Source of the DNA: Planctomycetota bacterium
GTDB lineage: Bacteria; Planctomycetota; UBA1135; UBA2386
Reading direction: 5' to 3'
DNA: 64,000 nucleotides
NCBI GenBank assembly: GCA_016716265.1
Contig: JADJWQ010000006.1
Span: forward strand, 2,595,166-2,659,165
Shown here: positions 50,372 to 60,909 of the stretch, piece by piece
Numbering within the stretch: position 1 is the stretch's first letter
Layout: the number at the start of each line of letters is the position of its first letter
The notes under the pieces: generated by a model
What the model was told of the DNA's origin: nothing
Database searches by the model: none
The model's input: the letters and a program-made list of their open reading frames with translations, nothing else
Translations under genes and position numbers: made by a program

Positions 50372-52600
50372 TCAGTAGTCGAGCCGCGCGTGCAGCTGCG
50401 GCGTGGCTCCCCAGCCCGCGATGCAGCTCGCGGTCAGCGACGGCTCGTTGACCAGCCACTGGAACGTCACGCGCGCGCCGATCATCGTCAGCAGGCACGG
50501 CACCTCGAACACGTACGAGGCGGAGCCGAGCACGATCGGGCTGCCGCTGATCAACACCGGTTGCGTGATGACGCAGGCGCCGCACGGGATGTCGAGCCCC
50601 GGCACACCGACCAGGGCGAGCGCGATGTTGCCGGTCGAACCGCTCAGCGTGACGCGGAAGTCCCGGTTGCCGATCGCGAACGGGCCGTCCGTCCCGATCG
50701 TCCCCACCGTCCGAGCCGAGCCGCACTGACCACCGGCGGTCACGATCGAACCACCCGCGCCGAACGCCGAGAAGCGCGTTGCCAGGATCCCCTGGTCTTG
50801 CCCGACAAGTCCGGTTTGGGTGAACAGCAGCAGCGCATCGTTCGAGCTCGCTCCGGATGACCGCTGCGACGCGATGCATGCTCCGCTCACGGCGATTCCA
50901 AACGGACCGACGGGCGTGATCGTGATCGGGAGACCACACGGCATGCAGCGCGGATCGAGCTCCCGCCCCTCGATGCGCGCGGTGCTCGAGGTGGCGACCA
51001 AGAAGAATACGCCATACTTCGAGCCGAGCCATCCGACCGAAGGATAACGCTCCGAGTAGGTCGGATCGGTAGCGATCGCGAGAACGGGGCTCGCGGTCAC
51101 CGGTGGGCGACCAGGGTCCGCGAAGACCAGCCGTCCGTACAGATTATAGTCGCCGGTGCCGTCATCGCGCTTCGCCCACAGGACGAGGCCGCCACTGGTG
51201 GAGGATTCCACCGAGACCTCGTAGAAGATGCGATTGACGCTCGTGAACGAATCGAGGTAGAGCGGGTTGGAGACAGGAGCGCCCCGTGCGTCCACCTCGA
51301 TGACGACTACGGCCGACTGCAGGAAGTTGAACTGACTCCAGGCGATCAGCGCCCGATCACGGTCGTATCCCACATCGACGTCCAGATAATCGAGAGCTCC
51401 GCTCGCGAGGATGCTGGTCTGCCAAGGAACCGGCGCGGACAGACCGACCGTGACCGCGGTGCTGTAGACTCCCATCGCCTGGCCCGTGGTGGGATTCTTG
51501 GGGATCCACGCAACGCGGGCCCGATCGGATTGCGGGTCGCCACCCGCAGCCAGCTGGAGGATCGGCGAGAGCGACAGCGTCACCTGACCCGAACGCAAAG
51601 GTGATCTGGGATCGACGGACTGGCAGTACAGCCCGGTGTCGCCGCCGTACACGACCAGGAATCTGCTGTATGCGGCGACGTACACCACCTGCACGACGGG
51701 GGAAGCGTTCGGTCCGAACTGGGCAAGCCGGATCGGTGACCCTGCCGACTGGCCGGTCCAGTCCAGCTTCATGATCCAGACCTCCGGGTTCTGGCCAAGG
51801 AACGGATTCCCCGAACGCGTCCACCCAACGAGGTAGTTGTTTCCCGACGGCGCGTAGGCGCAGTCGATTTCCGCGGGCGCGTAGCCGGGGTTGATCGACG
51901 TCACGATCGAGCCGACCAGCGGATCGAGCGTCAGGGGGTAGCTCGCCGCGTCGACGAAGCTCCCTGGCAGCTCGAGCCGCAGCGTCCGACCGTCGAGCCG
52001 CAGGAGGCCCGCGACCGACGCGCCCTGGGCGTCGACCCCGGTGACCGCGCCGATCGACACACCGCCACCGTCCTCACCGCGGAGCTGCAGCGTCCCGTCC
52101 GTGGCGAGCTCGGTCTGGAGCTCGGTGTGCAGCGACGCCTCGACGATCAGGTCGCCGGAGCCCGCGGGCCGTTGCTCGAACACCAGCGTCCACTCGAGCC
52201 CGTCCGGCCGCACTTCGAAGCACTCGCGCACGCCTTCCGTGCGCTCGAACACCGCGCACGCACCGTCCTCGGCCGGCTCGACGCCGGCCGGCACCCCGGC
52301 GACCCGCGTGCCGTCCGCTCGCCGGATCTCACCCAGCTCGATGTCGAGCGCCGCGCTGCGGCCGCCATCGACGCCGGCCGACGCAAACGCCACGACGCCC
52401 GCGCCGAACCTGGCGGCGTAGTCCTGGCCGCGGGCAGTCAGCGCGCCGGCCGGATTCCGCTCGAGCGTCACCGGCGGCACCCAGGATCCGTTGATCCGGA
52501 CCGGGTCGAGCGCACGCTGCGCGAGCGCGGGGCAGGTCAGCAGAAGGATCGTCAACGCGATGGCATCGCGCTGAACCGTGCGATGGGGAGATCTGGCCAT
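50372..52600 (-). CDS. secreted hypothetical beta-rich protein with the shared C-terminal module
   Basis: Signal MARSPHRTVQRDAIALTILLLTCPALAQ at the internal ATG 52600. Protein-like composition over 740 aa. Confidence 0.6.
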   Translation of the reverse strand: MARSPHRTVQRDAIALTILLLTCPALAQRALDPVRINGSWVPPVTLERNPAGALTARGQDYAARFGAGVVAFASAGVDGGRSAALDIELGEIRRADGTRVAGVPAGVEPAEDGACAVFERTEGVRECFEVRPDGLEWTLVFEQRPAGSGDLIVEASLHTELQTELATDGTLQLRGEDGGGVSIGAVTGVDAQGASVAGLLRLDGRTLRLELPGSFVDAASYPLTLDPLVGSIVTSINPGYAPAEIDCAYAPSGNNYLVGWTRSGNPFLGQNPEVWIMKLDWTGQSAGSPIRLAQFGPNASPVVQVVYVAAYSRFLVVYGGDTGLYCQSVDPRSPLRSGQVTLSLSPILQLAAGGDPQSDRARVAWIPKNPTTGQAMGVYSTAVTVGLSAPVPWQTSILASGALDYLDVDVGYDRDRALIAWSQFNFLQSAVVVIEVDARGAPVSNPLYLDSFTSVNRIFYEVSVESSTSGGLVLWAKRDDGTGDYNLYGRLVFADPGRPPVTASPVLAIATDPTYSERYPSVGWLGSKYGVFFLVATSSTARIEGRELDPRCMPCGLPITITPVGPFGIAVSGACIASQRSSGASSNDALLLFTQTGLVGQDQGILATRFSAFGAGGSIVTAGGQCGSARTVGTIGTDGPFAIGNRDFRVTLSGSTGNIALALVGVPGLDIPCGACVITQPVLISGSPIVLGSASYVFEVPCLLTMIGARVTFQWLVNEPSLTASCIAGWGATPQLHARLDY

Positions 52601-52864
52601 GGCAGCTTCGTCGAGGGAGTCGAGACCGCGCTCCCGCCGCGCGCCGGGACCGGGCCGAGCCAACGGCTCCGACCGGTCCCATCAGCGCTACGTGCGGTCG
52701 CGCGAGGTCCCAGCGCGGCAGCGCCGCCGATCCGTCATCCCGTCCGCAAGTTTTTCCTCCTGACGACCGCCGACCGGGCCGGGTCGCCGCGAGGCCCTCA
52801 CCTCCCACGATCCCGTGAGGGTGGCGCGACCCGGAGCGCGTGTGCCCCGGCGGAGCACGTCGAG

Positions 52865-55800
52865 ATGACCATCACCCCGCCCCCACCGCAGAGCCGCTGG
52901 CTAACCGCCGCCCTCGCAGCGAGCTGTGTCGCGCTCGCCCCCGCCCAGTCGATCGTCCGCGACATCCGCACCACGCCGGGCCCGCTCGTTCCGCAAAGCA
53001 ACCCGGGCGAGTTCGTCGCGCTCGGGTCCATCGCGGTGTTCGTCGCGACCAGCGAGTACGGCACCGAGCTGTGGCGGACCGACGGCACCGATGCCGGCAC
53101 CTACGTGCTGCGCGACATCGAGCCGGGTCCTGGCTCGTCGAACCCGCGCGACCTCCGCCGCGTCGGGAATCGCGTGTTCTTCAGCGCCGAGGTCCAGGGC
53201 CTCGGCCGCGAGCCATGGAGCACCGACGGCACGCCGGCGGGCACCGTGCTGCTCGGCGACCTGCAGCCTGGCGCGGGAACCTCGCAGCCGACCCCGGCAA
53301 TCGAGTTCCGCGGTCGCGCGGTGTTCGCCGCCCTCGACGGCGTGCACGGCTTCGAGTACCGGATCAGCGACGGCACGCCCGCCGGGACCTCGCTGATGTT
53401 CGACCTCGTGCCCGGCAACGGCAGCGGCGCATCGGCCTCGTTCTGCGCACTCGGCGACCGCCTGATCCTCAGCGCGGGGCTGCCGGGCGTCGGCCAGGAG
53501 CTGCTCAGCTCCGACGGCACGCTCGCCGGCACGTCCGTGCTGTTCGACATCCAGCCCGGCCCGAGCGCGAGTCGGCCGGCGGCATTGACCGTCGCCGGCG
53601 ATCGCGTGTTCTTCGTGGCCACGACGCCCGACGCGCTCGGCGTCGAGCTCTACGTGACCGACGGCACGCCTGCTGGCTCCCGCTTCATCGCCGACGTGCG
53701 TCCGGGCGGAGCGAGCCCGGGCATCACCGCGATGACAGCACTCGGCCGCGGCGTCGTGTTCGCGGCCGACGACGGCACCCACGGCGTCGAGCCCTGGTTC
53801 TCCGACGGCACTGCCGCGGGCAGCTTGCTGCTGGCCGACCTCGAGCCCGGCAGCGGCAGCAGCAACCCGGAGCAGCTCGTGGCGATCGCGGCCGGCCGCG
53901 CGGTGTTCCGCGCGACGACGACCGCCACCGGCGGCGAGCTGTTCGCGACCGACGGCACGCCGCAGGGCACCGCTCTCGTCGCCGACCTCCTGGCCGGCCG
54001 CGGTGGCTCGAGTCCCTCCGCGCTGGTCCCCGCGCTGGGCGGCGCCGTGTTCGCCGCCGCGGACACCGCGGCCGGCATCGAGCCATGGTTCACCGACGGC
54101 ACCGCTGCGGGAACGCGCCGGATCGTCGACCTGCGGCCGGGGACGTCCGGCAGCGCACCGACCGCGTTCGCCCCGGCACTCGGCGGCGTCGTGTTCCGGG
54201 CGGTCGCGCCGGACGGCGGCACCGAGCCGTTCTTCACCGACGGCACCACCGCCGGCACGCGGATGATCGCCGACGCCTACGCGCGCGTCGGCAATGGCGA
54301 CCCGGTGCTGCTCGGCGCGGCCGCCGGCGACCGCCTGCTGTTCGAGGTCGTCGACGAGACCGGCAGCCGCCAGGTGTGGAGCACCGACGGCACCGGTCCC
54401 GGCACGTTCGCCATCTCGATGCCGCCCGGCAGTCCGCAGGTCGCCAGCTCCAAGCCAGTGACGTTCCGCAACGAGCTGTGGATGGGCTGGACCAGCAACC
54501 AGGGCGGCCGCGAGCTGTGGGCGAGCGACGGCACCGTGGCCGGGACGCGGCGCATGGTCGACGTCTGGGTCGGGCCGAGCTCGTCGGAGGTGTCGGCGCT
54601 GCGCACGGCGGGCGACCGCTTGTGGTTCCAGGCGCGCGACGGCCTGCTGCCGGGCTACGGACCGTTCGTGTCCGACGGCACGCAGGCCGGCACGACGCGC
54701 ATCGGTCCGCTGTCCGGCCCGGAGGTGCTGACCGCGGCCGAGGAGTTCACCGCCTTCGCCGGTCGCGTCGTGTTCCGCGGCACCGACAATGCAATGGGCC
54801 CCGAGCTGTGGCAGAGCGACGGCACGCAGGCCGGAACGGTGCGCTGCTTCGACCTGGTGCCCGGCTACTTCGGCTCGAGCCCGGGCTCGTTCGCGGTGCT
54901 CGGCGGGCAGCTCCTGTTCGCCGCGCGCGACAACAGCGTGTCGACCGAGCTGTTCGCCTGGGACGGCGTCGCGAGCCTGCCGACGCTGGTCCGCGACATC
55001 TTGCCGGGCAGCGGCAGCTCCGAGCTCGCCGAGCTGACACCGGTGCTCGACCGCGTCGTGTTCCGCGCGCGCACGCTCACGGACGGCGAAGAGCTGTGGG
55101 TGACCGATGGAACGACCGCCGGCACGGTCCTGATCGCGGATCTCGCGCCGGGCAGCGCGAGCTCTCGTCCGCGCGAGCTGACGCGCTCGGGAGCACGCGT
55201 GTTCTTCTTCGCGGACGACGGCCGGAGCGGCGTCGAGCTGTTCGTGACCGACGGCACGCCGCAGGGCACGTCGCAAGTCGTCGATCTGTGGCCCGGCCTC
55301 GCGTCGGGCGTGCGCACCGGCTCGCTGACGCCGGTCGGCGACACCGGGCTGGTCGCGTTCGCCGGCACCGACGGCGTGAGCGGGTTGCAGGTGTGGCTGT
55401 CCGACGGCACCGCCGCCGGCACGCGCGCGGTCGGCCCGGTGCGCCCGCGGCCCGGTGCCGGCTTCGCGTGGATCGGTCAGCTGCGCGCGGTCGGCGCGTG
55501 GCTCCTGTTCACCGCCGACGACGGCATCCACGGCCGCGAGCTGTGGCGCATGTCGTTGACCGGCCAATCGGTCGCCGCCGCACGCAACTTCGGCGTCGGC
55601 TGCGTCGGCTCGACCGGCACCGACCCGCGGATCGGAGCGGTCGCGACGCCGACGGTCGGCGAGGCCGGCTTCGGCGTCACGCTCGACCGCGCGCTGCCGA
55701 ATGCACCCGCCGTCCTGAACGGCGCCGTCGCCGCCGGCGCGCTGCCGATCGGCACATGCACGCTGCTGGTCGCGCCGCCGGTCCTGCCGCTCGCGACGGT

Positions 55801-55966
55801 CGCGACCGACGGCTCCGGCCGCGCGCTGTTCGCATTGCCGATCCCGAACGACCCCGCACTGCTCGGCGGGACGTTCCACGCGCAGTGGATCGTCGCCGAT
55901 CCGGGTGGCCCGCTGTTCGGCGTCGCGACATTGAGCGACGGACTGCAGGTGCTGATCGGGCGCTGA
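52865..55966 (+). CDS. secreted ELWxxDGT-repeat protein with the shared C-terminal module
   Basis: Signal MTITPPPPQSRWLTAALAASCVALAPAQS. About 17 tandem units of the (E/Q)LW(R/S/T)(T/S)DGT(A/P)AGT type. Confidence 0.75.
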   Translation: MTITPPPPQSRWLTAALAASCVALAPAQSIVRDIRTTPGPLVPQSNPGEFVALGSIAVFVATSEYGTELWRTDGTDAGTYVLRDIEPGPGSSNPRDLRRVGNRVFFSAEVQGLGREPWSTDGTPAGTVLLGDLQPGAGTSQPTPAIEFRGRAVFAALDGVHGFEYRISDGTPAGTSLMFDLVPGNGSGASASFCALGDRLILSAGLPGVGQELLSSDGTLAGTSVLFDIQPGPSASRPAALTVAGDRVFFVATTPDALGVELYVTDGTPAGSRFIADVRPGGASPGITAMTALGRGVVFAADDGTHGVEPWFSDGTAAGSLLLADLEPGSGSSNPEQLVAIAAGRAVFRATTTATGGELFATDGTPQGTALVADLLAGRGGSSPSALVPALGGAVFAAADTAAGIEPWFTDGTAAGTRRIVDLRPGTSGSAPTAFAPALGGVVFRAVAPDGGTEPFFTDGTTAGTRMIADAYARVGNGDPVLLGAAAGDRLLFEVVDETGSRQVWSTDGTGPGTFAISMPPGSPQVASSKPVTFRNELWMGWTSNQGGRELWASDGTVAGTRRMVDVWVGPSSSEVSALRTAGDRLWFQARDGLLPGYGPFVSDGTQAGTTRIGPLSGPEVLTAAEEFTAFAGRVVFRGTDNAMGPELWQSDGTQAGTVRCFDLVPGYFGSSPGSFAVLGGQLLFAARDNSVSTELFAWDGVASLPTLVRDILPGSGSSELAELTPVLDRVVFRARTLTDGEELWVTDGTTAGTVLIADLAPGSASSRPRELTRSGARVFFFADDGRSGVELFVTDGTPQGTSQVVDLWPGLASGVRTGSLTPVGDTGLVAFAGTDGVSGLQVWLSDGTAAGTRAVGPVRPRPGAGFAWIGQLRAVGAWLLFTADDGIHGRELWRMSLTGQSVAAARNFGVGCVGSTGTDPRIGAVATPTVGEAGFGVTLDRALPNAPAVLNGAVAAGALPIGTCTLLVAPPVLPLATVATDGSGRALFALPIPNDPALLGGTFHAQWIVADPGGPLFGVATLSDGLQVLIGR

Positions 55967-56012
55967 GCGGACGCCGGGCCCGGCTGATCGACGGGGTCCC
56001 GCCGCGAGATGG

Positions 56013-57713
56013 CTATCTCCCGTCGCCGCTCACGAACGGCGCCACCAGCTCCGCCATGAGCGCATACCCGCGATCGGTGCAGTGGATCTCGTCGACGAAC
56101 CAGTCCGACCAGGCCGTCGTGGCGAGCTCGCGCTCGAAGCGCGCGTGCATGCTGACGAACGGGACGCGCAGCTCCGCGGCGAGCGCGGCCACCACGTCCT
56201 CGTGGCGCGGCATCGCGAACGGGTAGCCGAGCAGGACCACGCGCGCGCCGGCGGCGCGCCCGAGCCCGACGATCATCCGCAGATGACCATCGAGGACACG
56301 GAACACGTCGTCCTCGCCCGCAGTCGCGCGGCGCAGGTCCTGGCCGAGCGCGGCGCGGATCGGCGCCGCCACCGGCGCCCGGTCGACGGCACGCTGCAGC
56401 GCCGTCACGTCGGCACCGGCCGCCACCGCGCGGCGCAGCGCGGCGAGCACCTCGTCCTGCCCGGCGCCGTGCTCACGCGCGCTTGCGGCGTCCGCGATCG
56501 CGCCAGCGGGGTCGAGCGGTGCCTCGGCGACCGCGCGCTCGAGCAGCAGCAACGCACGGGTCCACGCCGAGCCCTCGGCGGCGATGGCGGGGCCGAGCGC
56601 CGCGGCCGTCGCGCTGCGCGCCGCCGGGTCGGGATCCGTATCGACCACGATGCGCCAGCAGCCGACCGACCCGGGCCTGCTCGCCACGACCTCCCGCGCG
56701 ACGCGCCGGGCCCCAGTGCTCGAGCCGGTCCAGGACTCCGCGATCGCGAGCTGCTCCCCCACCTCCGGATCGGCCCCCGATGCGTACGCCGTCCGCAATG
56801 CCGTGACGTGCACGTCGGCTGCATCGCGGTCGCCGCGGTCCGCGCGGATCATCGCCAGTCGCGCATGCGCGCGCGCCGCGTCGGCGCCGTCGAGCGCCGC
56901 CTCGAGCCGGGCGACCGCCTCGTCGACACGGCCGTCGTCGAGCAGGTCCTCGGCGGCCTCGAGACCCGAGCTGTCCTGGGCCAGCCCCCGCCGGGCACGC
57001 TTCAGCGCCGGCCAGCCGACGATGCCGAACCACAGCTCGCCGGCGGCCATCCGCCAACGCACGGGCACGACCTCGCCGTCCGGACGCGTGACGAGGATGC
57101 GATCGCCGGCGAGCGTCCACGGCATCGGTAGCCCACCGATCACGGCCGTGCCGTCCGGGCCGAAGTAGAAGTCCTGCGCGCCGACGTGCCAGGCACCGAC
57201 GAACGGCGTCGCGCTCGCGCGCTCGGCCGGCGCACCCTGGAGCTGTCCTTCGACGTCGGCGGACAGCAGCGCCAGGAGGCGCCGCGTGCGCCACCGGAGC
57301 GGGAAGGCATCGCCGCCGAGCGCAGGCGGGGCCGACGGCAGGGGCCGGCTCCACCCGTCGTTCCAGCCGACGAGCACGCACAGCACGTCGGGGCGCAGCG
57401 ACGCGAGCTGGTCGGGCAGCCGTCGCAACACGTCGGCCGAGTTCTGGCCGGGCCAGGCGCCGCCGACGACGCTCGTGTCGCCGCCGCGATCGCTCAGCAG
57501 TCGGCCGAGACAGGCCGGCCAGGCCCGGTCGCGCGAGGTCGCGCCGAGGCCGTAGGTCAACGAGTCGCCGACACAGAGCACGACGCGGCCTGCCGGTCGC
57601 GTCGCTTCGCGCTCCCGGCTCCACTGCACGTAGGCGAGCACCTGGAGCGCCGCCTCGAGCACGACGAGCGTCGCCGCGACGCAGACGAGGATCGCTACCG
57701 CACGGCGTCGCAT
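56013..57713 (-). CDS. SGNH/GDSL-family hydrolase with inserted TPR-like helical region
   Basis: N-terminal TM. GDS block VLCVGDSLTYG. C-terminal DxxH block (FVDEIHCTDRGY). A 300-aa Ala-rich helical insert lies between them. Confidence 0.65.
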   Translation of the reverse strand: MRRRAVAILVCVAATLVVLEAALQVLAYVQWSREREATRPAGRVVLCVGDSLTYGLGATSRDRAWPACLGRLLSDRGGDTSVVGGAWPGQNSADVLRRLPDQLASLRPDVLCVLVGWNDGWSRPLPSAPPALGGDAFPLRWRTRRLLALLSADVEGQLQGAPAERASATPFVGAWHVGAQDFYFGPDGTAVIGGLPMPWTLAGDRILVTRPDGEVVPVRWRMAAGELWFGIVGWPALKRARRGLAQDSSGLEAAEDLLDDGRVDEAVARLEAALDGADAARAHARLAMIRADRGDRDAADVHVTALRTAYASGADPEVGEQLAIAESWTGSSTGARRVAREVVASRPGSVGCWRIVVDTDPDPAARSATAAALGPAIAAEGSAWTRALLLLERAVAEAPLDPAGAIADAASAREHGAGQDEVLAALRRAVAAGADVTALQRAVDRAPVAAPIRAALGQDLRRATAGEDDVFRVLDGHLRMIVGLGRAAGARVVLLGYPFAMPRHEDVVAALAAELRVPFVSMHARFERELATTAWSDWFVDEIHCTDRGYALMAELVAPFVSGDGR

Positions 57714-57777
57714 CGACAGACGGAGCGCTCGAGGATCGACTGCGTGACGCCGGATCGACAGGCCGCGGGACGGCCGA

Positions 57778-58734
57778 TCAATCGCCGATCACCGCGACGC
57801 CGTAGTCGCTGGCGATCAGGCCGAGCGGGTTGGTTCCCGGCGAGAGCTGGAACCACTGCGCGAAGACCGGATTGCCGACGATCGCGGGGATCGCCGGAAC
57901 CGGCAGCGAGAACGACGCATTGCCGCTGCCGTTGGTCATCGCGGTGCCGCTCGCCTGGACGTCGATGAACAGCGAGCAGCTCGTCGCGCCGATCGGCGTC
58001 AGGTCGATCGGCAGCGGGACGCCACCGGAGGTCACGGTGTCGCTGAAGCCGATCGCGAGAACGGCAGTCGTGTTCGCCTCACCGCGCGTCAGCGTGAGAT
58101 CCAATGAGCCGCCGATCGTGGCGATGCAGCCGGCGATCCGCGGATTCAGCGTGCGGCTGCCGAGCGGGCAGTACGAGCCCAGCGTGATGAACGAGCCGGG
58201 GAACTTCGGCCCGCAGTAGAGTCGGAACTTGTGGTCGTAGCGCACGAATGGACCGTTCCAGCTCTGGCCGCCGTCGAAGCTGCCGCGATACTGCTGCGTC
58301 GACGCGGTGTTGACCCGTTCGATCGGCGACTGCGCGCCATTGGGAGGCCCGAACACGATCCAGAAGTCCGTGTTCGGCGCGAGCAACACCGGTGACGGCA
58401 GCAGGGCACCCTGCCAGCAATCGAGCTGCGTCATCTGCCAGGTGCCGGTGCCGAGGTCCTGCTGCGGGCGGTTGTTGACCGCATCGTGGGACCAGATGCC
58501 GAGCGACGCGGTGGCGACGCGTTCGCCGGAGAACACCTCGGCGGCGAACACGGCGAGACCAGCGCCGCTGTTGAACTTCACCGCGTAGAGCAGGTTCGGT
58601 CCGCCCATCGAGATGTTGTCGTCGAACACGTTGTTCGGCGACGTGTCGAAGCAGGGCACGGACTGGGCCGGCAAGGCAGCTGCGGCGGCCAGAGCGAGGG
58701 AGACGACGAACGGAATGGAGCGCATGGAGTGCAC
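57778..58734 (-). CDS. secreted hypothetical protein with the shared C-terminal module
   Basis: Signal MHSMRSIPFVVSLALAAAAALPAQS. The tail ...GSGNASFSLPVPAIPAIVGNPVFAQWFQLSPGTNPLGLIASDYGVAVIGD* matches the tail pattern of the other secreted proteins. Confidence 0.6.
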   Translation of the reverse strand: MHSMRSIPFVVSLALAAAAALPAQSVPCFDTSPNNVFDDNISMGGPNLLYAVKFNSGAGLAVFAAEVFSGERVATASLGIWSHDAVNNRPQQDLGTGTWQMTQLDCWQGALLPSPVLLAPNTDFWIVFGPPNGAQSPIERVNTASTQQYRGSFDGGQSWNGPFVRYDHKFRLYCGPKFPGSFITLGSYCPLGSRTLNPRIAGCIATIGGSLDLTLTRGEANTTAVLAIGFSDTVTSGGVPLPIDLTPIGATSCSLFIDVQASGTAMTNGSGNASFSLPVPAIPAIVGNPVFAQWFQLSPGTNPLGLIASDYGVAVIGD

Positions 58735-58907
58735 CGAGGTGGAGGCCCGAGGGGATCTGGGGCGAGCAGACTACAGGCTCGACGCCCACGACGATCTCCG
58801 CAAGCTCCCGCCAGGGGCGGAGCGCGAAGCGTCGCATTCTCGTGACCTGGGCGCCGCAGGGCCGTCCCGCCGCCGGCCGCGCACCCGATCGCCCGCTGCC
58901 GTCGGCG

Positions 58908-60530
58908 TCAGTCGCCGAGCTGCTCGCGGAGCTGCGGCGTGAAGCGCGGGTGGAACGCCGACGAGCCCTGCATCTTCGTTCCCGACGTCAGGTCGACGAC
59001 CGTGACGGTCACGCCGAACTCGTCGAGGAAGCGGCGCAGGCGCGTCGTGACCAGCATCCCGGTGCCCTGCTGCTCGAAGAAGGCGATCGATTCCGGAGCG
59101 ATCGCGCCGTCCTCGGTGCTGGCCGCCGCCTCGAGGCGGATGAACGACAGCGCGCGGTCGCGGTCGTGCGGCAGCGGCTGGACCTGCAGGCCGTCGTCGG
59201 ACACCTTCCGGAGCTCGTTGCCGACGATCTCGCCGATCTTGACCGCGAGCTCGCCCTCGCTGCTCTCGTAGAACGACTCCTCGAGGTCGAGCAGCTTGCT
59301 CTTGGCCGCCGCCAGGTTCTCGTAGACGACGTCCTGGATCTGCACGGTACCGGAGTCGGTCAGTGGATCGGCGGCAGGACGGTTGGCGTTCTGCAGCCGC
59401 GCCTCGGTCGAGTCGTAGGCCTGCTGGAAGGCGCGCCGGAACGACGCGAGCTCGGCCGCCGGGCCGCGCGCCGCCGCGATGGAGGCCGGCAGCACGGTCA
59501 GGCGCTGGCCGGCGAGCACGTTGCCGTAGCGGCGGTAGACCGTGTCGACCGCCTCGCCGGTGACGCGCTGCACCTCGTCCGCGAGAGCCGCGACCGACGG
59601 GCTCGCCTTGATCACGACGTCGAGGCGGCGCCCCGACGCGATGACGACCGGCCGCAGGTCGATGCCGTGCTCCTGCTCGAGCGCCGGCGCGACGCTGCGC
59701 AGGGCCCCGAGGATCGTCGACTGGAGGCCGGCGACGCTGCCGCGGAAGCGGATGCGCGACTCGTTGCAGGTGCCGCGCTCGCCGTCGGCCATCGCGGCAC
59801 CCGGGTAGGTCCGGAGCGGCGTGTAGCTGCCGGGCACGACGCCATCCGCGGTCGCCACCGCATTGGACAGCGCTTCGAGCACCTCGCCGAATCGATTGTC
59901 CACGTAGAGCGCGACGGTCATCCGCGCGCCGTTCGCCGCTTCGTCGTTGCGGACCGACGTCAAGGCGGCGACGACCCGCTGGCCGAGGCTGCCGTCGGCC
60001 GCCGGGTCGCACAGCGCCTCGAGGGCCTGGCGGTGGGCGCTGTCATAGCCGTCCATCGTGCGACCGTCGCCGAGACCCTCACCGTTCGCGACGCGCTCGC
60101 CGGCGTCGACGAAGGTCACCCGGAACGCGCCGCGCTGCTGGACGACGTAGCGCCCCTGCTGCTTGCGCTGCCGCACCGGCTGCACCTCGACGCGCACGAC
60201 GACCTCGCACTGCGACAGCATGGCGAGCTCCGCGTCCTCGACCAGCCCTTCCCGGTCACCGAGCCACGACCGCATGATCGACTCCCCGCGCTGGGCGAGC
60301 AGCCGCGCCTGCTCCGCGTCGGTCACCGCGAAACCGGCCGCCTGGATGACCTCCTCGAGCTTGCCGACGGCCTGCTCCGCGTACTGGGCGGGCGTGTCAC
60401 CGGACACGTCGGGAAGCACGAGCACGCGGAACGACGGCAATGCGGAGGCCGGCGCCGCGGCGGGATCGATCTGACCACTCAGGAGGGCAGTCAGGCCGAG
60501 GGACGCGATGGCGAGAAGCGTTGGACGCAT
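58908..60530 (-). CDS. secreted hypothetical protein
   Basis: Internal ATG at 60530 gives signal MRPTLLAIASLGLTALLSGQ. Protein-like composition over 540 aa. Confidence 0.55.
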   Translation of the reverse strand: MRPTLLAIASLGLTALLSGQIDPAAAPASALPSFRVLVLPDVSGDTPAQYAEQAVGKLEEVIQAAGFAVTDAEQARLLAQRGESIMRSWLGDREGLVEDAELAMLSQCEVVVRVEVQPVRQRKQQGRYVVQQRGAFRVTFVDAGERVANGEGLGDGRTMDGYDSAHRQALEALCDPAADGSLGQRVVAALTSVRNDEAANGARMTVALYVDNRFGEVLEALSNAVATADGVVPGSYTPLRTYPGAAMADGERGTCNESRIRFRGSVAGLQSTILGALRSVAPALEQEHGIDLRPVVIASGRRLDVVIKASPSVAALADEVQRVTGEAVDTVYRRYGNVLAGQRLTVLPASIAAARGPAAELASFRRAFQQAYDSTEARLQNANRPAADPLTDSGTVQIQDVVYENLAAAKSKLLDLEESFYESSEGELAVKIGEIVGNELRKVSDDGLQVQPLPHDRDRALSFIRLEAAASTEDGAIAPESIAFFEQQGTGMLVTTRLRRFLDEFGVTVTVVDLTSGTKMQGSSAFHPRFTPQLREQLGD

Positions 60531-60586
60531 CGGAGGACTCGTGGATGGGAAGGGACGGTGGGACGGCGGGAGGCCCCGCACGGGGG

Positions 60587-60892
60587 TCAGCGGATCGGCC
60601 GCAGCACGAGCTTGCGGGTGTTGTTGGAGACCCGAGTCACTTCACCGAGCGTGCCACGCCAGGTCTCGAAGCCCGGCTTGCTGACCTCGATCTCCTCGTC
60701 CTCGTCGATGTCGTAGTTCAGGTCGGCTGGCGTCCGCAGCGACAGGTTGCGCTCGACGAGAAACAGCGCGGCCCCGGGCGGATCGGTCTCGAGTCGCGAG
60801 ATCGGCGGTGACGCCTGGCTGTTCGTGGAGTTGCTGTAGCTGCAGCCGGTGAGGAGCAGCAGTGCAGAGGACAGGACGGCGAGAGTTCTCAT
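60587..60892 (-). CDS. small lipoprotein (about 100 aa)
   Basis: MRTLAVLSSALLLLTGCS lipobox. Its start lies 18 nt downstream of the stop of the 488-aa lipoprotein gene. Confidence 0.5.
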   Translation of the reverse strand: MRTLAVLSSALLLLTGCSYSNSTNSQASPPISRLETDPPGAALFLVERNLSLRTPADLNYDIDEDEEIEVSKPGFETWRGTLGEVTRVSNNTRKLVLRPIR

Positions 60893-60909
60893 GACGGTTC
60901 GGGGGATGG

